DNA of 64,000 nucleotides, taken from the NCBI GenBank assembly GCA_029351405.1, contig GCA_029351405.1_4841.1. The stretch is one strand, 5' to 3'. Of this stretch, positions 17,820 through 27,335 are shown in pieces. This DNA comes from Escherichia coli (GTDB taxonomy: Bacteria > Pseudomonadota > Gammaproteobacteria > Enterobacterales > Enterobacteriaceae). The first letter of the stretch is position 1. Each line of letters begins with the position of its first letter. The notes below the pieces were generated by a model. The model did no database searches and was not told the origin of the DNA. It saw only the letters and a program-made list of their open reading frames with translations. Made by a program: the position numbers and the translations under genes.

Positions 17820-18129
17820 ACGTTTGTCTCAGATGTTCGGTAAAGGATTTACCCAGCTTGCGGAATAGTTTAATACGACCAATGACTTTGACGTAAACAT
17901 CTCCGTGGCAGGGGCGCGGCTTACACCAGCACCCCAATACCTTCCCGTCAAGATCAAGGAGTTCATCCTCAGTGATATCCCCTTCAATCAGGCGCACATA
18001 CAGGTCGTCCTCAAACAGTTCGATACAGACGCCTCGTCCATGGTCTTTGACCTCAAACGGGTTTCCCCATTTACCAGGCCGACCAATGTAGACGTCATAT
18101 GGCTCCTTCTTGAAGTGGACGACTTTCAT
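17800..18129 (-). CDS. DUF4326-family protein
   Basis: YDVYIGRPGKWGNPF ... LGCWCKPRPCHGDV matches the DUF4326 pattern. Confidence 0.6.
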   Translation of the reverse strand: MKVVHFKKEPYDVYIGRPGKWGNPFEVKDHGRGVCIELFEDDLYVRLIEGDITEDELLDLDGKVLGCWCKPRPCHGDVYVKVIGRIKLFRKLGKSFTEHLRQTYVRKQR

Positions 18130-18290
18130 TTCAGGATTTGACCTGCAAGTAGATAACAGAACCAGACAGAGAACCCGAGATACCCCAGTGCTTTCAGGTA
18201 GTTTTTCCTTTCGACTTCACGAGAAAACGCAACGATGTCAATGATGCATGCAAAGACCAGGATTGCGAGTTTAATTTGTTCGTAGTTCAT
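18126..18290 (-). CDS. small membrane protein (54 aa, two predicted TM helices), below the ORF-track cutoff
   Basis: MNYEQIKLAILVFACIIDIVAFSREVERKNYLKALGYLGFSVWFCYLLAGQILK. Starts 2 nt after the gp46 stop and ends in an ATGA overlap with the next gene. Confidence 0.55.
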   Translation of the reverse strand: MNYEQIKLAILVFACIIDIVAFSREVERKNYLKALGYLGFSVWFCYLLAGQILK

Positions 18291-18292
18291 GA

Positions 18293-20638
18293 TCAATCCT
18301 TATTGATAACTTCGGTCAGGCCGTTGCGCAGGCCATAGCGAATATTGTGTTGGAAGTATTCCTGGAACTCCTGCTCACGCTGGCTGATGACAAACAGGTT
18401 GTTCCCGCCGAACTTATGCTTCAACATCTCAACCGATTCCTGCACCCCGCGCTCGCTCATGTTCTCAAGGATCTCGTCCAGCACGAACAGGTTACATTGT
18501 ACAGACGCCTTGAGGTTAGCCACATCGCGCAGGGCTAATGTCACAGCCAGGTTCAGACGACTGCGCTGACCAGTAGACAGGGAGAAGATACTCTGTCCTT
18601 TGCGGCCTGCTGCGCTCATGGTGATCTCAAAGGTATCGTCAACAACGATGTCCAAGAACATGTTGAGGGCTTCAAGATACTCGTTGATCTTGCTATTGAG
18701 GAATGGCAGATACAGGGCGATGATACGCGCCTTGGTCTGGTCATCTTTCAAGAAGAACAGCAGGTGCTGTAAGTCCTGGAGTTCCTGGTCGGCATCCTCG
18801 CGGCGCTGGTATAGATCCTCCAGTTCACCCTCCAACGCAGCGATAGAGTTCTCTAGGTCGGTGGTAGGTGTTGGCTGTACAGCCAGTTTACGCTCCAGAT
18901 CGGCAATAGACGCCACGAGAGGAGCACGACGGGCTTTCAGCTCGGCGATCTTATCATCGACGGCTTTAATCCCGCTGACGGCATTCTCTCGCGTTTGTTG
19001 TAGTGACGCAGTGATGTCTTCAAAACGAACGTTCAGTGCCTTGCGGATGTCAAGGATCTTCTGTTGGCATTCACGGTTCAGCGAATTACACTCAATCGTG
19101 GCGGCATCATGAAAACCTTGAATATCACGGCGCAGCTGCTTGATGTTGTCAACGATTTCGTCGGCCTGCTTGCGCATTGCATCCAGTTCAGCATCCAACA
19201 CAGCAATGTCAGCAACCAGCTTGTCGTCCTGGGCTTTGTGGTCATCGATCAGGACATTGATATCGGCGGTAACTTTGTCCAGTTGATCTAACTTCGACTG
19301 CAGTTCCTGGATCTGAGGATTGTACTCGCTTTCAATACGCGCCTTGGTGTCATCAGACACTAGTTGGGTACATGTTGGGCAAGTCCCCATGTCGTGGAAG
19401 CGCTTGATGGCCGACTGATGCCCATCCATTTCGGTCTGGAACTTGATACGGAAGTTTTCACCCTGTTGACGGCGCTGGATAGCAGCGTTCAGGGCGTCCA
19501 GGTTTGTGTTGCGCTCGGTGAGCAGAGTGTTCTTGCGTTCGGCCACTGTAAAGGCGCGGTCACGCAAGACCTGAAGATCATGCTCCGCAGTAGACACTTC
19601 GATGCGCTCATAATCGTCAGCCTTGTCCTGCGCGGCGTCCTTCACCGCCTGGATCTTGGTATCAAAGTCTTTCTTGACAGCCTCGATCTCCACCATGGAT
19701 TCATCATGCAGGCGGCTTTCTACCGTCTTCATTTCCTGGCTGGCTTCGAACTCAACCGCAGCGAGACGGGTGCGCTCTTCATTCTGGGAAGCGATGTCAG
19801 CATCCAGGGCATTCAGGGCTTCCTGTTGCTGTACAAGGATATCGGCCGACTGCTGTTGGATCAGGGCGTTGGATTGCTCGATCTGCTGAAGCTGCGTCTT
19901 CTTGTTGGTGTGGTCAACAACCTTCAGTGCGCATTCGTTAGATATAGAGTCCAGAGTTGCATTTGTCCTTTTGATGGCGGCCTTGACATCTTCGTTCATC
20001 AGGCTGAAGAAGCCCAAGTCCCAGATAGTCTCCACCATCGCGCGGCGGTCGGCTGTGTACATCTCCGTGAACGGAATGAACTTCTCTTTACCCAGCACCA
20101 GAGAGTTCTCAAACATCTTCTGGTCCACGCCGATGAGATTCACGATGTACTTGTTCATGTCGGCTTTGGCTGCTTCGTTATCGATCTGCAACCACTTGCC
20201 GTCCACCATCTGGTAGACTTCAACAAAGTCAGGTTTAATGCCACGGCGAACCTTCCATTCGCTACCACGGCAGGCAAACTCCACCTCACCCACACATTCC
20301 TTGCGGCTTTGTGAGTTAACCAGGCCTGCCTTCTTCTCCTTCTTGCTGTATGTGTCGTTGTACAGTACGAAAAACAGCAGCCATACCAACATCGTGGATT
20401 TACCCGCGCCGTTGTCATCAGACGTGACAAGGGTGGCCGGGTTGCGCTGATAATCAATCTCCATGAACTGATTGCCGATGGAGCGGAAGTTCTTGGCGCG
20501 GCCTTTGCGGAAGGTCAGTTTGTGTGTAACAACGTTACGCACTTCAAATGGGACTTCAACCTCGACCGGGGCGTCGGCTTCCTTCAAAAGATTACCAAAT
20601 TTGGTCAAGATATCTGTGCTCTGAGTCATGTTATGCAT
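18293..20638 (-). CDS. gp46: recombination endonuclease subunit, SbcC/Rad50-like (T4 gp46)
   Basis: Walker A DDNGAGKST, long coiled coils, central zinc hook CPTC, C-terminal signature LSTGQRSRL and Walker B LFVLDE. Alternative ATG at 20629. Confidence 0.88.
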   Translation of the reverse strand: MHNMTQSTDILTKFGNLLKEADAPVEVEVPFEVRNVVTHKLTFRKGRAKNFRSIGNQFMEIDYQRNPATLVTSDDNGAGKSTMLVWLLFFVLYNDTYSKKEKKAGLVNSQSRKECVGEVEFACRGSEWKVRRGIKPDFVEVYQMVDGKWLQIDNEAAKADMNKYIVNLIGVDQKMFENSLVLGKEKFIPFTEMYTADRRAMVETIWDLGFFSLMNEDVKAAIKRTNATLDSISNECALKVVDHTNKKTQLQQIEQSNALIQQQSADILVQQQEALNALDADIASQNEERTRLAAVEFEASQEMKTVESRLHDESMVEIEAVKKDFDTKIQAVKDAAQDKADDYERIEVSTAEHDLQVLRDRAFTVAERKNTLLTERNTNLDALNAAIQRRQQGENFRIKFQTEMDGHQSAIKRFHDMGTCPTCTQLVSDDTKARIESEYNPQIQELQSKLDQLDKVTADINVLIDDHKAQDDKLVADIAVLDAELDAMRKQADEIVDNIKQLRRDIQGFHDAATIECNSLNRECQQKILDIRKALNVRFEDITASLQQTRENAVSGIKAVDDKIAELKARRAPLVASIADLERKLAVQPTPTTDLENSIAALEGELEDLYQRREDADQELQDLQHLLFFLKDDQTKARIIALYLPFLNSKINEYLEALNMFLDIVVDDTFEITMSAAGRKGQSIFSLSTGQRSRLNLAVTLALRDVANLKASVQCNLFVLDEILENMSERGVQESVEMLKHKFGGNNLFVISQREQEFQEYFQHNIRYGLRNGLTEVINKD

Positions 20639-21746
20639 CCAGTTTGTTCAGGCGTTGTTGGGCAGCATTATAGAAGTGCTCTGCCAGTTTACAGACGTTG
20701 TCGGGGCGCTGAATGTTGTTCCCGGCGCGGATATCCTTCTTCAGGACTTCCACCGCATCGGTCGCCACCATCTCTTCGGTGACCTCAACCTTCTCGGCAG
20801 CAACAGTAATCGTCCGGTCGATGAAGTTGTAGTCAATACACTTGCATCGCTTCATGGCATCACAGAACTTTTCATAATGCTTAGCATTGTCACGGTTCTG
20901 TACAATAACCTTAACGATTTGCCCTTCAATACCCAAGCCTGTGTTCAACCATTCCGGGTCGATCCAATTACCTTCTTCATCAGAGGACAACTTGGTGTAA
21001 TCATATTCCACATAGCGGAACAGCGTCTGGTGCTCGGCGTTCGGGATAAAGATCTCACCACCACGCATGTCGTCTACATAGAAGCCACGATTGGTCCCGT
21101 CTTTGTAGTCTTCCCAGTTCAGGTGATACGGAGTCCCAATATATTGAATGTTACCTTCCATCGAACGGGTATGGAAATGCCCCGTGTCGACCCTGGTAAA
21201 CTTGGAAAGCAGCGCAACGTCGATCTGACCGTGATCACAAGTAGAAGACTGGTACATTTTGAACCCCGCCAGCTCCAGATGCGCAAAACAGTACTCGGCG
21301 TCTGTATCCTGTATCGCTTTAATAGACGCATCATAGTTCTCCTTGTTGATCCAAGGCAGCAGCAGAGTCTTGACACCCTCGATCATCACTTCGGTCGGTT
21401 CGCTGTAATAGCAGTACACATCCGGGTCGAGTTCGTTCAGGTAGGATGGCCAGTTGATGCGGTTGGACTCTTCCAGGGTGATGTCATGGTTGCCCACGAT
21501 GCCATTCCACTTGATACCAGCCGCTTTCAACGCAGGGGTGAGTTCATCCTTCAGCCAGTCTTTGTCGCGCCCGTACATGAATTTGCGGACATCAAACGTA
21601 TCACCGAACTGCCAGACCTCTTTGATATCAGAGTCGGCAAGTTCAGGAATGAAATAATTGATGAGATAGTTCTTGATGAAGTCGCGAACGTATCGAGAAC
21701 CATTACGGCTCCCGATATGCAGATCGCCAATTTTAGCAATCGCCAT
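20631..21746 (-). CDS. gp47: recombination endonuclease subunit, SbcD/Mre11-like (T4 gp47)
   Basis: Phosphoesterase motifs GDLHIG, GDTFD, GNHD and GHFH. Confidence 0.88.
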   Translation of the reverse strand: MAIAKIGDLHIGSRNGSRYVRDFIKNYLINYFIPELADSDIKEVWQFGDTFDVRKFMYGRDKDWLKDELTPALKAAGIKWNGIVGNHDITLEESNRINWPSYLNELDPDVYCYYSEPTEVMIEGVKTLLLPWINKENYDASIKAIQDTDAEYCFAHLELAGFKMYQSSTCDHGQIDVALLSKFTRVDTGHFHTRSMEGNIQYIGTPYHLNWEDYKDGTNRGFYVDDMRGGEIFIPNAEHQTLFRYVEYDYTKLSSDEEGNWIDPEWLNTGLGIEGQIVKVIVQNRDNAKHYEKFCDAMKRCKCIDYNFIDRTITVAAEKVEVTEEMVATDAVEVLKKDIRAGNNIQRPDNVCKLAEHFYNAAQQRLNKLDA

Positions 21747-22524
21747 TGTTCTTTTTCTCCCGTTCTTCTAATCTTTGTTTGAGGGCTTCCCAATCTGGTT
21801 CCATCGCACAGATATCATCTTCCAGATTGAATTGGGTTTTGCCAAAGTCCTGATCTGAATTGTCTTCGGCCTGCGCTGTTACCGTATTCTTAGCCTGCGC
21901 CATGTATTGAAGTATGCCTTTCGCAATCTTTTTATTCGATTCTGCGAGACGAGCCGCCTCCACCTTCTCTCGTTCCTTTTGCCTTTGAGCGTCCTTTTTG
22001 TTCTCAAAGTTGCCGATACGTTCACGGAAGTCCATGCCAATTCCTGTAGCATCAACAAAGACCTCTTGTTGGAAGTCGGGATCGTCTGCCAGGCCTGCGA
22101 ACCCACCCGCCTCTTCAAATGAGCGCAATTTAATGTACGTGTGCTCTTCTTCGATGTTCAGTTTACGAGCAAATGATCGATCAGCACACATGGTCACCCA
22201 AGAGAAGAAGTTGATCTTCCCTTTCTTTCCAATGTGTTCGACGTCAAATGTGTGGAGGTAGCGCAAGATGTTGACTATTGCTTCAGAGACCATGTCTTCA
22301 CGGAAGGGATAGTCGCGATAGTTGTAGCGGGTGCTCATCTTGGTGATGATGCGCTGGACCTGTAGAGCAACATAGTTGGGGATCTTTGGAAGCCTGGTGC
22401 CTTCAGCTAGAGCCTTCTTACGAGCAGGGATCCAATCACGCAGGATGCTGATGACACGCTCGTTATCTTCGTCTGTGAAATATTTGACGACATTCTCCCC
22501 TCTGTCCACGAAGTTCATTCCCAT
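21733..22524 (-). CDS. gp55: late-transcription sigma factor, T4 gp55-like, with C-terminal extension
   Basis: RYNYRDYPFREDMVSEAIVNILRYLHTFD...INFFSWVTMCADRSFARKLNIEE parallels T4 gp55 ([31 protein letters not shown]...AYITQACFNAFVQRIKKE). The gp55-47-46 order matches T4. Confidence 0.75.
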   Translation of the reverse strand: MGMNFVDRGENVVKYFTDEDNERVISILRDWIPARKKALAEGTRLPKIPNYVALQVQRIITKMSTRYNYRDYPFREDMVSEAIVNILRYLHTFDVEHIGKKGKINFFSWVTMCADRSFARKLNIEEEHTYIKLRSFEEAGGFAGLADDPDFQQEVFVDATGIGMDFRERIGNFENKKDAQRQKEREKVEAARLAESNKKIAKGILQYMAQAKNTVTAQAEDNSDQDFGKTQFNLEDDICAMEPDWEALKQRLEEREKKNNGDC

Positions 22525-22535
22525 TATGATAGCCC

Positions 22536-23063
22536 TCAGATACCGATAAATTCATCAAAAGATCCAACAACCTTCTTCACCGAGATATTGTCATTCTCAA
22601 TCAGGAAGTTGCTGTCGTTTTTGGCTGCTGTGGCCCAGTCATCGGCAAGTTCGTTGCCTTCGTGCCCCGCATGACCCTTAACCCATTTTAGTTCAACATC
22701 ACAAATTGAACAAACGAGATCATAGATTCTGAACAGATCTTTGATGAGTTCAACGTTCTTTTCTGGAAACCCCTGATACTCCCACTTCGCTCGCCATTCG
22801 GTGACGCTCTTGATGGCATATTGGCTGTCAGACCAAATTGTTGCCTTTGGTATTCTGCGCTCACCCTTTCCTGAGAATGCCCACAGTAGCTTCAATGCGT
22901 TGGTCACACCCAACAACTCGGCGATATTGTTAGTGGACGGGGGAGGTAGATGACCGAAGAACACCTTCCATTGCATACCCGTTATTGGCCTGATGACAAA
23001 TGCCCATCCTGCGGCCTGGTTGGTCTTCGGGTTAGAACCCCCGTCAGAATAAATTTCTATCAT
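22536..23063 (-). CDS. rnhA: RNase HI (cellular type)
   Basis: DEDD residues in SDGG, AELL, SDS and ELADDW. ATG at 23063 preceded by TTTATATC. Confidence 0.8.
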   Translation of the reverse strand: MIEIYSDGGSNPKTNQAAGWAFVIRPITGMQWKVFFGHLPPPSTNNIAELLGVTNALKLLWAFSGKGERRIPKATIWSDSQYAIKSVTEWRAKWEYQGFPEKNVELIKDLFRIYDLVCSICDVELKWVKGHAGHEGNELADDWATAAKNDSNFLIENDNISVKKVVGSFDEFIGI

Positions 23064-23065
23064 GA

Positions 23066-23073
23066 TATAAATA
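23066..23073 (+). promoter_or_regulatory. TATAAATA late-promoter consensus on the plus strand
   Basis: Exact octamer 36 nt upstream of the ATG at 23109. It is also the complement of the RNase HI initiation region, so the match could be coincidental. Confidence 0.4.
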
Positions 23074-23108
23074 TCCCAAACTGGTTTTATAGAAAGAGGA
23101 ATGAAACT

Positions 23109-23876
23109 ATGGCACCCCGCGCATATCGTTTCAGTCTCACCGCCCCGCAGATTGAGCAATTGCTCCTCTCTATCTATGATGCTATCAAGTCAGAAGATAT
23201 CATCTATGATTATGCTGCAGGTGGGACTGCTGGACAAGTCGCAGCAGCGTCTGCTGTCAAGAACATGTGGTTGAAGCTCAACGAGATGGTGACAGGCCAA
23301 GGTCTCAAAGATGCCATCAACGATGCAGAAGACAGCAACGTGTTCACCGACTATTATAAGTCTTTACTGGATCGCGAAGGCTGGAAATTTATTGGATCTC
23401 CAGCAGATGAACTTCAGCGAGGCGACATCGATACCTCGAACTTCAAAGGTGGTGAGGTCATTCTACTTCAGAAGAACGCTTCGGGCAACCCAGAATTCCA
23501 ATACTGGAAGCGAACCCCTGTTGCTGGGGGTGATCCTACCTTTGCATGGGCTTCGGTCTATGAAGGGAACTCCAATGATTCCAGCATAGAGATTCCCGTG
23601 GTTGGCACCAGCGTACTCAAGGACATCCCCAAGGCACTCTTCCATATGATCGAGTTCAGAGTGCATGTCTACGATGAGACACTGGGTCATTGGCAAGACA
23701 CCGATGGGAAGGTAGGGTATCGTGGCGAGGATCTGATCTACAGTGTCTATAACCATATTCAGACCAAACCTCTCGCCACCATTGACTTCAGCCAAGATAC
23801 GGACAATATGACGGTTTCTGTGACGTCGTTGGAACCGAATGTCAAATGTCATCTGTCCTTCGTTGCGGGTTACTAA
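23109..23876 (+). CDS. hypothetical protein (255 aa), probably late/structural
   Basis: Plus-strand island. ATG at 23109 with SD AGAGGA and TATAAATA upstream. The ORF-track N-terminal extension overlaps RNase HI. Confidence 0.6.
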   Translation: MAPRAYRFSLTAPQIEQLLLSIYDAIKSEDIIYDYAAGGTAGQVAAASAVKNMWLKLNEMVTGQGLKDAINDAEDSNVFTDYYKSLLDREGWKFIGSPADELQRGDIDTSNFKGGEVILLQKNASGNPEFQYWKRTPVAGGDPTFAWASVYEGNSNDSSIEIPVVGTSVLKDIPKALFHMIEFRVHVYDETLGHWQDTDGKVGYRGEDLIYSVYNHIQTKPLATIDFSQDTDNMTVSVTSLEPNVKCHLSFVAGY

Positions 23877-25591
23877 ACCTCAAACACGGCATCAGTGAAC
23901 CAAGCGGGGAAGAACTCTGGGTTGCGCATCATCAGTGATTCAAAAGAAGAATCAAGGATGTACGTCGCAGCCCAGTCATTCACGCCCCTGACCGAACGCC
24001 CACACATCTGAACGATACGCAGTACCGCCATCCTGAAGTACGCCGATGGGTCCACACTGTTGACGTGGGCCACCAGAGGATCACCAAGGTAATCGTATGG
24101 CACCTTGATCAAGATCTGAAATCGACTATAATCGCCTTTGAAGTCATACCCCTCTTCCATGGCCGGACTGGCGATGACACAAGGCGTCTTCGTCCTGAAC
24201 GCGTGTTCCATGATGTCCATCAGAGCCTTACGGGTACGAGGAACGTGAATCATATTCCGGTACTTACTGAACTTTTGTAGAGCCAGGGCGCGGTCATAAC
24301 TCACGGTGTGGATGATACCAGACTGCCCAGGGTGGAATGCGATGATTTCATCCACGTATTCGGCCAGCTTCTTCATCTCATAGTCACCCATGTTCGCCGT
24401 CATCTTCATGATGGGCATGTAGTTGACTTTCCGGTTCTCAATCGGGATAGGATTGCCGATCTGTATCTTGTGGTACTCACCCTCACGGATACCCAGTGAC
24501 CGGGCGTACGAGTCAATCCCACAAATGGTCGCCGACATGTGAACGTGGTAGTCACCCTTGCGGAACAGACCGAACTGGGATACATCAGAGGCGATGACAG
24601 GCTTGAACTGAATCATACCCTTGTCCTTCTCCTGTACGATGAAAGTGCTGGCGTTGGTCTGCCCCATGATACCACAGTAGTCGCTGAGGTTGTGAAGAGT
24701 ATCAATAATATCAGACAGCTTCATCACCTGGGCTTCAGTCAGGCGCTCGTCTTCTACCAGTTCCTCAAGAGTTTCCAGCAGGGATTCAACCTTGCCGTGT
24801 AGTTCATCAAATATCGCATGCATCTCACCAGACAGGGAATACAGCTTGCCCAATTCATAGTTCTCTGTGCGCCTGATGATATCCTTGATGGTCTCCACGA
24901 TAGGCACTCCCTCGGGGATCGTAAGCAGCCCTTCCACAGCCTTTGTGCTGTATTCCATGATAGTATGCTCTAGGAGCGTAGAGGGCATTTTATGACACTC
25001 GTCAAGGATCAGCATATCGGCGCGGTTTTCCGGCTTCATACAGATCGTCGTGCACATCTCCACCATCATGGCGGCGTTGGTGCAGCGCAAGGAGGAGACG
25101 TCGGTCCACTGTCGACGCGCCTGAACATATGGGCAACGATTCTTACTACAGTGGCCATCACGGCATGCCATACGACACTGAATGGCGTTGTAGTATAGGT
25201 CGGGACTGATGTGGCAACGATAGTTCTTCTTGCCCTTCAGGATGTCTATCGCCACGGCTTTCTCTGCTGCATACTGATCCTGTAAACCTTTGGTCGGCGT
25301 CGTGATAGACGTGCGAAACTGACCATACGGGTTGTGCTCAAGAACCAAATGGCGAAGCACGTTATGGATGGTAGTGCCGATGAGGGATTTACCCACACCA
25401 GTCGGAGCCTCGATGATCACGTGTTTGAATTTCTTATTCACAAGGGCATCAATGGCTTCAACGATGCACTCCATCTGGCCGGGGTTGGCGGTGTCATACG
25501 GGAAGAACTCAGTGGCAAGAGACTTGATGCGGTCTATGCTGACTGGTCCGACGCCGTCAAGCGCCTTGGTATATTGGTTGAATGCTGTCAC
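23873..25591 (-). CDS. DinG/XPD(Rad3)-like superfamily 2 DNA helicase with a Cys cluster
   Basis: Walker A APTGVGKS, DEAH-type LILDECHK and a four-Cys cluster (CRMACRDGHCSKNRCPY) between motifs I and II. GTG start with SD AGGAGGA. Confidence 0.8.
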   Translation of the reverse strand: MTAFNQYTKALDGVGPVSIDRIKSLATEFFPYDTANPGQMECIVEAIDALVNKKFKHVIIEAPTGVGKSLIGTTIHNVLRHLVLEHNPYGQFRTSITTPTKGLQDQYAAEKAVAIDILKGKKNYRCHISPDLYYNAIQCRMACRDGHCSKNRCPYVQARRQWTDVSSLRCTNAAMMVEMCTTICMKPENRADMLILDECHKMPSTLLEHTIMEYSTKAVEGLLTIPEGVPIVETIKDIIRRTENYELGKLYSLSGEMHAIFDELHGKVESLLETLEELVEDERLTEAQVMKLSDIIDTLHNLSDYCGIMGQTNASTFIVQEKDKGMIQFKPVIASDVSQFGLFRKGDYHVHMSATICGIDSYARSLGIREGEYHKIQIGNPIPIENRKVNYMPIMKMTANMGDYEMKKLAEYVDEIIAFHPGQSGIIHTVSYDRALALQKFSKYRNMIHVPRTRKALMDIMEHAFRTKTPCVIASPAMEEGYDFKGDYSRFQILIKVPYDYLGDPLVAHVNSVDPSAYFRMAVLRIVQMCGRSVRGVNDWAATYILDSSFESLMMRNPEFFPAWFTDAVFEV

Positions 25592-25643
25592 TTTCTTCCT
25601 CCTATGGGATTCGCCTATAGTTTACCCGATCCCCAAGAACGAA

Positions 25644-25670
25644 AAAGCCGGAGTACAATGCTCCGGCTTT
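25644..25670. terminator. bidirectional rho-independent terminator
   Basis: AAAGCCGGAGtacaatgCTCCGGCTTT flanked by A- and T-runs. Confidence 0.7.
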
Positions 25671-25719
25671 CTCTTTTGCCATGCCCTGATTACAGAGCCT
25701 GGCCGCGCGTCAGATAGAA

Positions 25720-25998
25720 TTACTTGCCGTTGGCAGCGTTCTTCAGACCTTCGCCCACTTTGAATTTCACAACGTTTTTCGCCGCGATCTGAATGGTCTG
25801 GCCGTTCAGAGGGTTGCGACCTTCACGCGCTTCTTGGTGTTTCACTTCGAACGCACCGAAGCCGACCAGCTGTACAGATGCGCCTGCAGCAACTGCAGTC
25901 TTAACACCGTCGATAAAGGATGCCACTACTTTCTCCGCTTCGCCTTTGGTGATATTCTGGGTCGAAGCAATGTGGGCAACAAATTCAGTACGATTCAT
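25720..25998 (-). CDS. HU/IHF-family DNA-binding protein
   Basis: 92 aa. MNRTEFVAHIA...GFGAFEVKHQEAREGRNPLNGQTIQIAAKNVVKFKVG is the classic HU beta-arm pattern. Confidence 0.85.
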   Translation of the reverse strand: MNRTEFVAHIASTQNITKGEAEKVVASFIDGVKTAVAAGASVQLVGFGAFEVKHQEAREGRNPLNGQTIQIAAKNVVKFKVGEGLKNAANGK

Positions 25999-26091
25999 CT
26001 AGATTTCTCCGTTGGGTTAATGTTTACTTTCATGTTCACTACAAGAGGACTACAGCTTACCTAACAAAACATATTGAATAAAGCGAAATTA

Positions 26092-26340
26092 TTAGCCTTT
26101 CACCACGTCTTCAGTCGTTATCGTGCCATAACATCCACAGCGTTCACAAATCACTCTGACGCAAGGCTTAAAAGTCTGAATATTAGACACAGGAACGTTC
26201 ACCGCCTTTGAAGAAACCTGCATTTCGCGGACTTTAACCCGTTGTTCGGCCAGGCGCTCATCGTCCAAGAAGGTGATCGTCTTGTGAGGACAACGCATTG
26301 ACGATTCACCAACCCAGATTATTGCCATGTTGGGACTCAT
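26092..26340 (-). CDS. hypothetical Cys-rich protein (82 aa)
   Basis: ATGA coupling. CPH ... CERCGC suggests possible zinc binding. Confidence 0.5.
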   Translation of the reverse strand: MSPNMAIIWVGESSMRCPHKTITFLDDERLAEQRVKVREMQVSSKAVNVPVSNIQTFKPCVRVICERCGCYGTITTEDVVKG

Positions 26341-26615
26341 GATTTGACCTCCGATTTGGAGATTAACGATTCCATCTCCTGACGACCAATGACAGTCTCA
26401 ACTTTGTCTTCTTCAACCATCATTTCATTCAGAAGATCGTACCCCAGGACTTGTACACCAAAAGACTTTTTGTTCAGTTCTGCCTCAATATTGAGAACTC
26501 GCTGAACCGTCAGGCCACCGGAAGAGGACGGTACTGGATAGAAGGCGGAACGCACTTGAACACACCCATTTACGCTGTAACGAACCAGCAAGACATCACA
26601 CCATACACCAGCCAT
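26337..26615 (-). CDS. hypothetical protein (92 aa)
   Basis: Starts 1 nt after the upstream stop. Confidence 0.5.
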   Translation of the reverse strand: MAGVWCDVLLVRYSVNGCVQVRSAFYPVPSSSGGLTVQRVLNIEAELNKKSFGVQVLGYDLLNEMMVEEDKVETVIGRQEMESLISKSEVKS

Positions 26616-26616
26616 G

Positions 26617-27279
26617 TTACACCTCCACCGCGTGAGACTTCAGGAGTTCATCAATCTCTTTCTGTCCCATGTATGAGAACGGGGTGCGCTGGTAGAACGC
26701 CCAGAGTACTAACTGGACAACAGCACGGGAACGGGTTTCGGCCGTCATCACCAGGCCACTGAAATGAGGAGACTCAGCTGTCCATTGTATCTCTTCGCCC
26801 AGGTCTTGATTACAGGTCACCGAGATGCGGAACTTGTTGCACAGATTGTCGACTTCTTTGTACGCATCGGTAGACACACGAAGTTGTTCCGCATGTGCCC
26901 ACGGAGTTGTGACGATTCTTTCACCCATCACTTTATCAGAGATAAACCAATCAATACATTCGGTAAACTCACTAAAATGGTCGATACGATAAATGCAGTC
27001 TCCCCCTTCCATAGAACGCATGGCATGATAGCGAGCGTCGATTTCGTTGTTGTGCATCGCGTTGAAGTCGATGAACACGCGACGCGCCAGCACAACATCT
27101 TCTGGTTGAAGTGCCAGGAAATCGTTCAGGCGGCTATAATGGAGGACATTGGAACCGTCGTGGCCACGTGTGCAATATGCGTAATGGCTACCGATACGGG
27201 CGTGGGCAATATAAGACAACGGGGCGAAGAATAATCCGTCAGGATCAGGACCGACGATAATAGAATAAAGTTTTTCCAT
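26617..27279 (-). CDS. hypothetical early protein (220 aa)
   Basis: ATG at 27279 after hairpin GGGCGGCttatcataaaGCTGCCC + tttcatttgagtGACTATATCATG. Confidence 0.6.
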   Translation of the reverse strand: MEKLYSIIVGPDPDGLFFAPLSYIAHARIGSHYAYCTRGHDGSNVLHYSRLNDFLALQPEDVVLARRVFIDFNAMHNNEIDARYHAMRSMEGGDCIYRIDHFSEFTECIDWFISDKVMGERIVTTPWAHAEQLRVSTDAYKEVDNLCNKFRISVTCNQDLGEEIQWTAESPHFSGLVMTAETRSRAVVQLVLWAFYQRTPFSYMGQKEIDELLKSHAVEV

Positions 27280-27335
27280 GATATAGTCACTCAAATGAAA
27301 GGGCAGCTTTATGATAAGCCGCCCGAGGTTATTGA

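Noticed and set aside
20628-21782. A 384-aa plus-strand ORF, together with similar long ORFs at 14382-15359, 8601-9251, 32685-33596, 38600-39409, 35394-36239, 12831-13580, 19364-20314 and 53134-53790.
   Set aside because: Each lies antisense to a gene with clear family motifs (gp47, the 1017-aa ORF, vWA, MCP and so on). They have no SD or start context and low-complexity, stop-poor translations typical of shadow frames.
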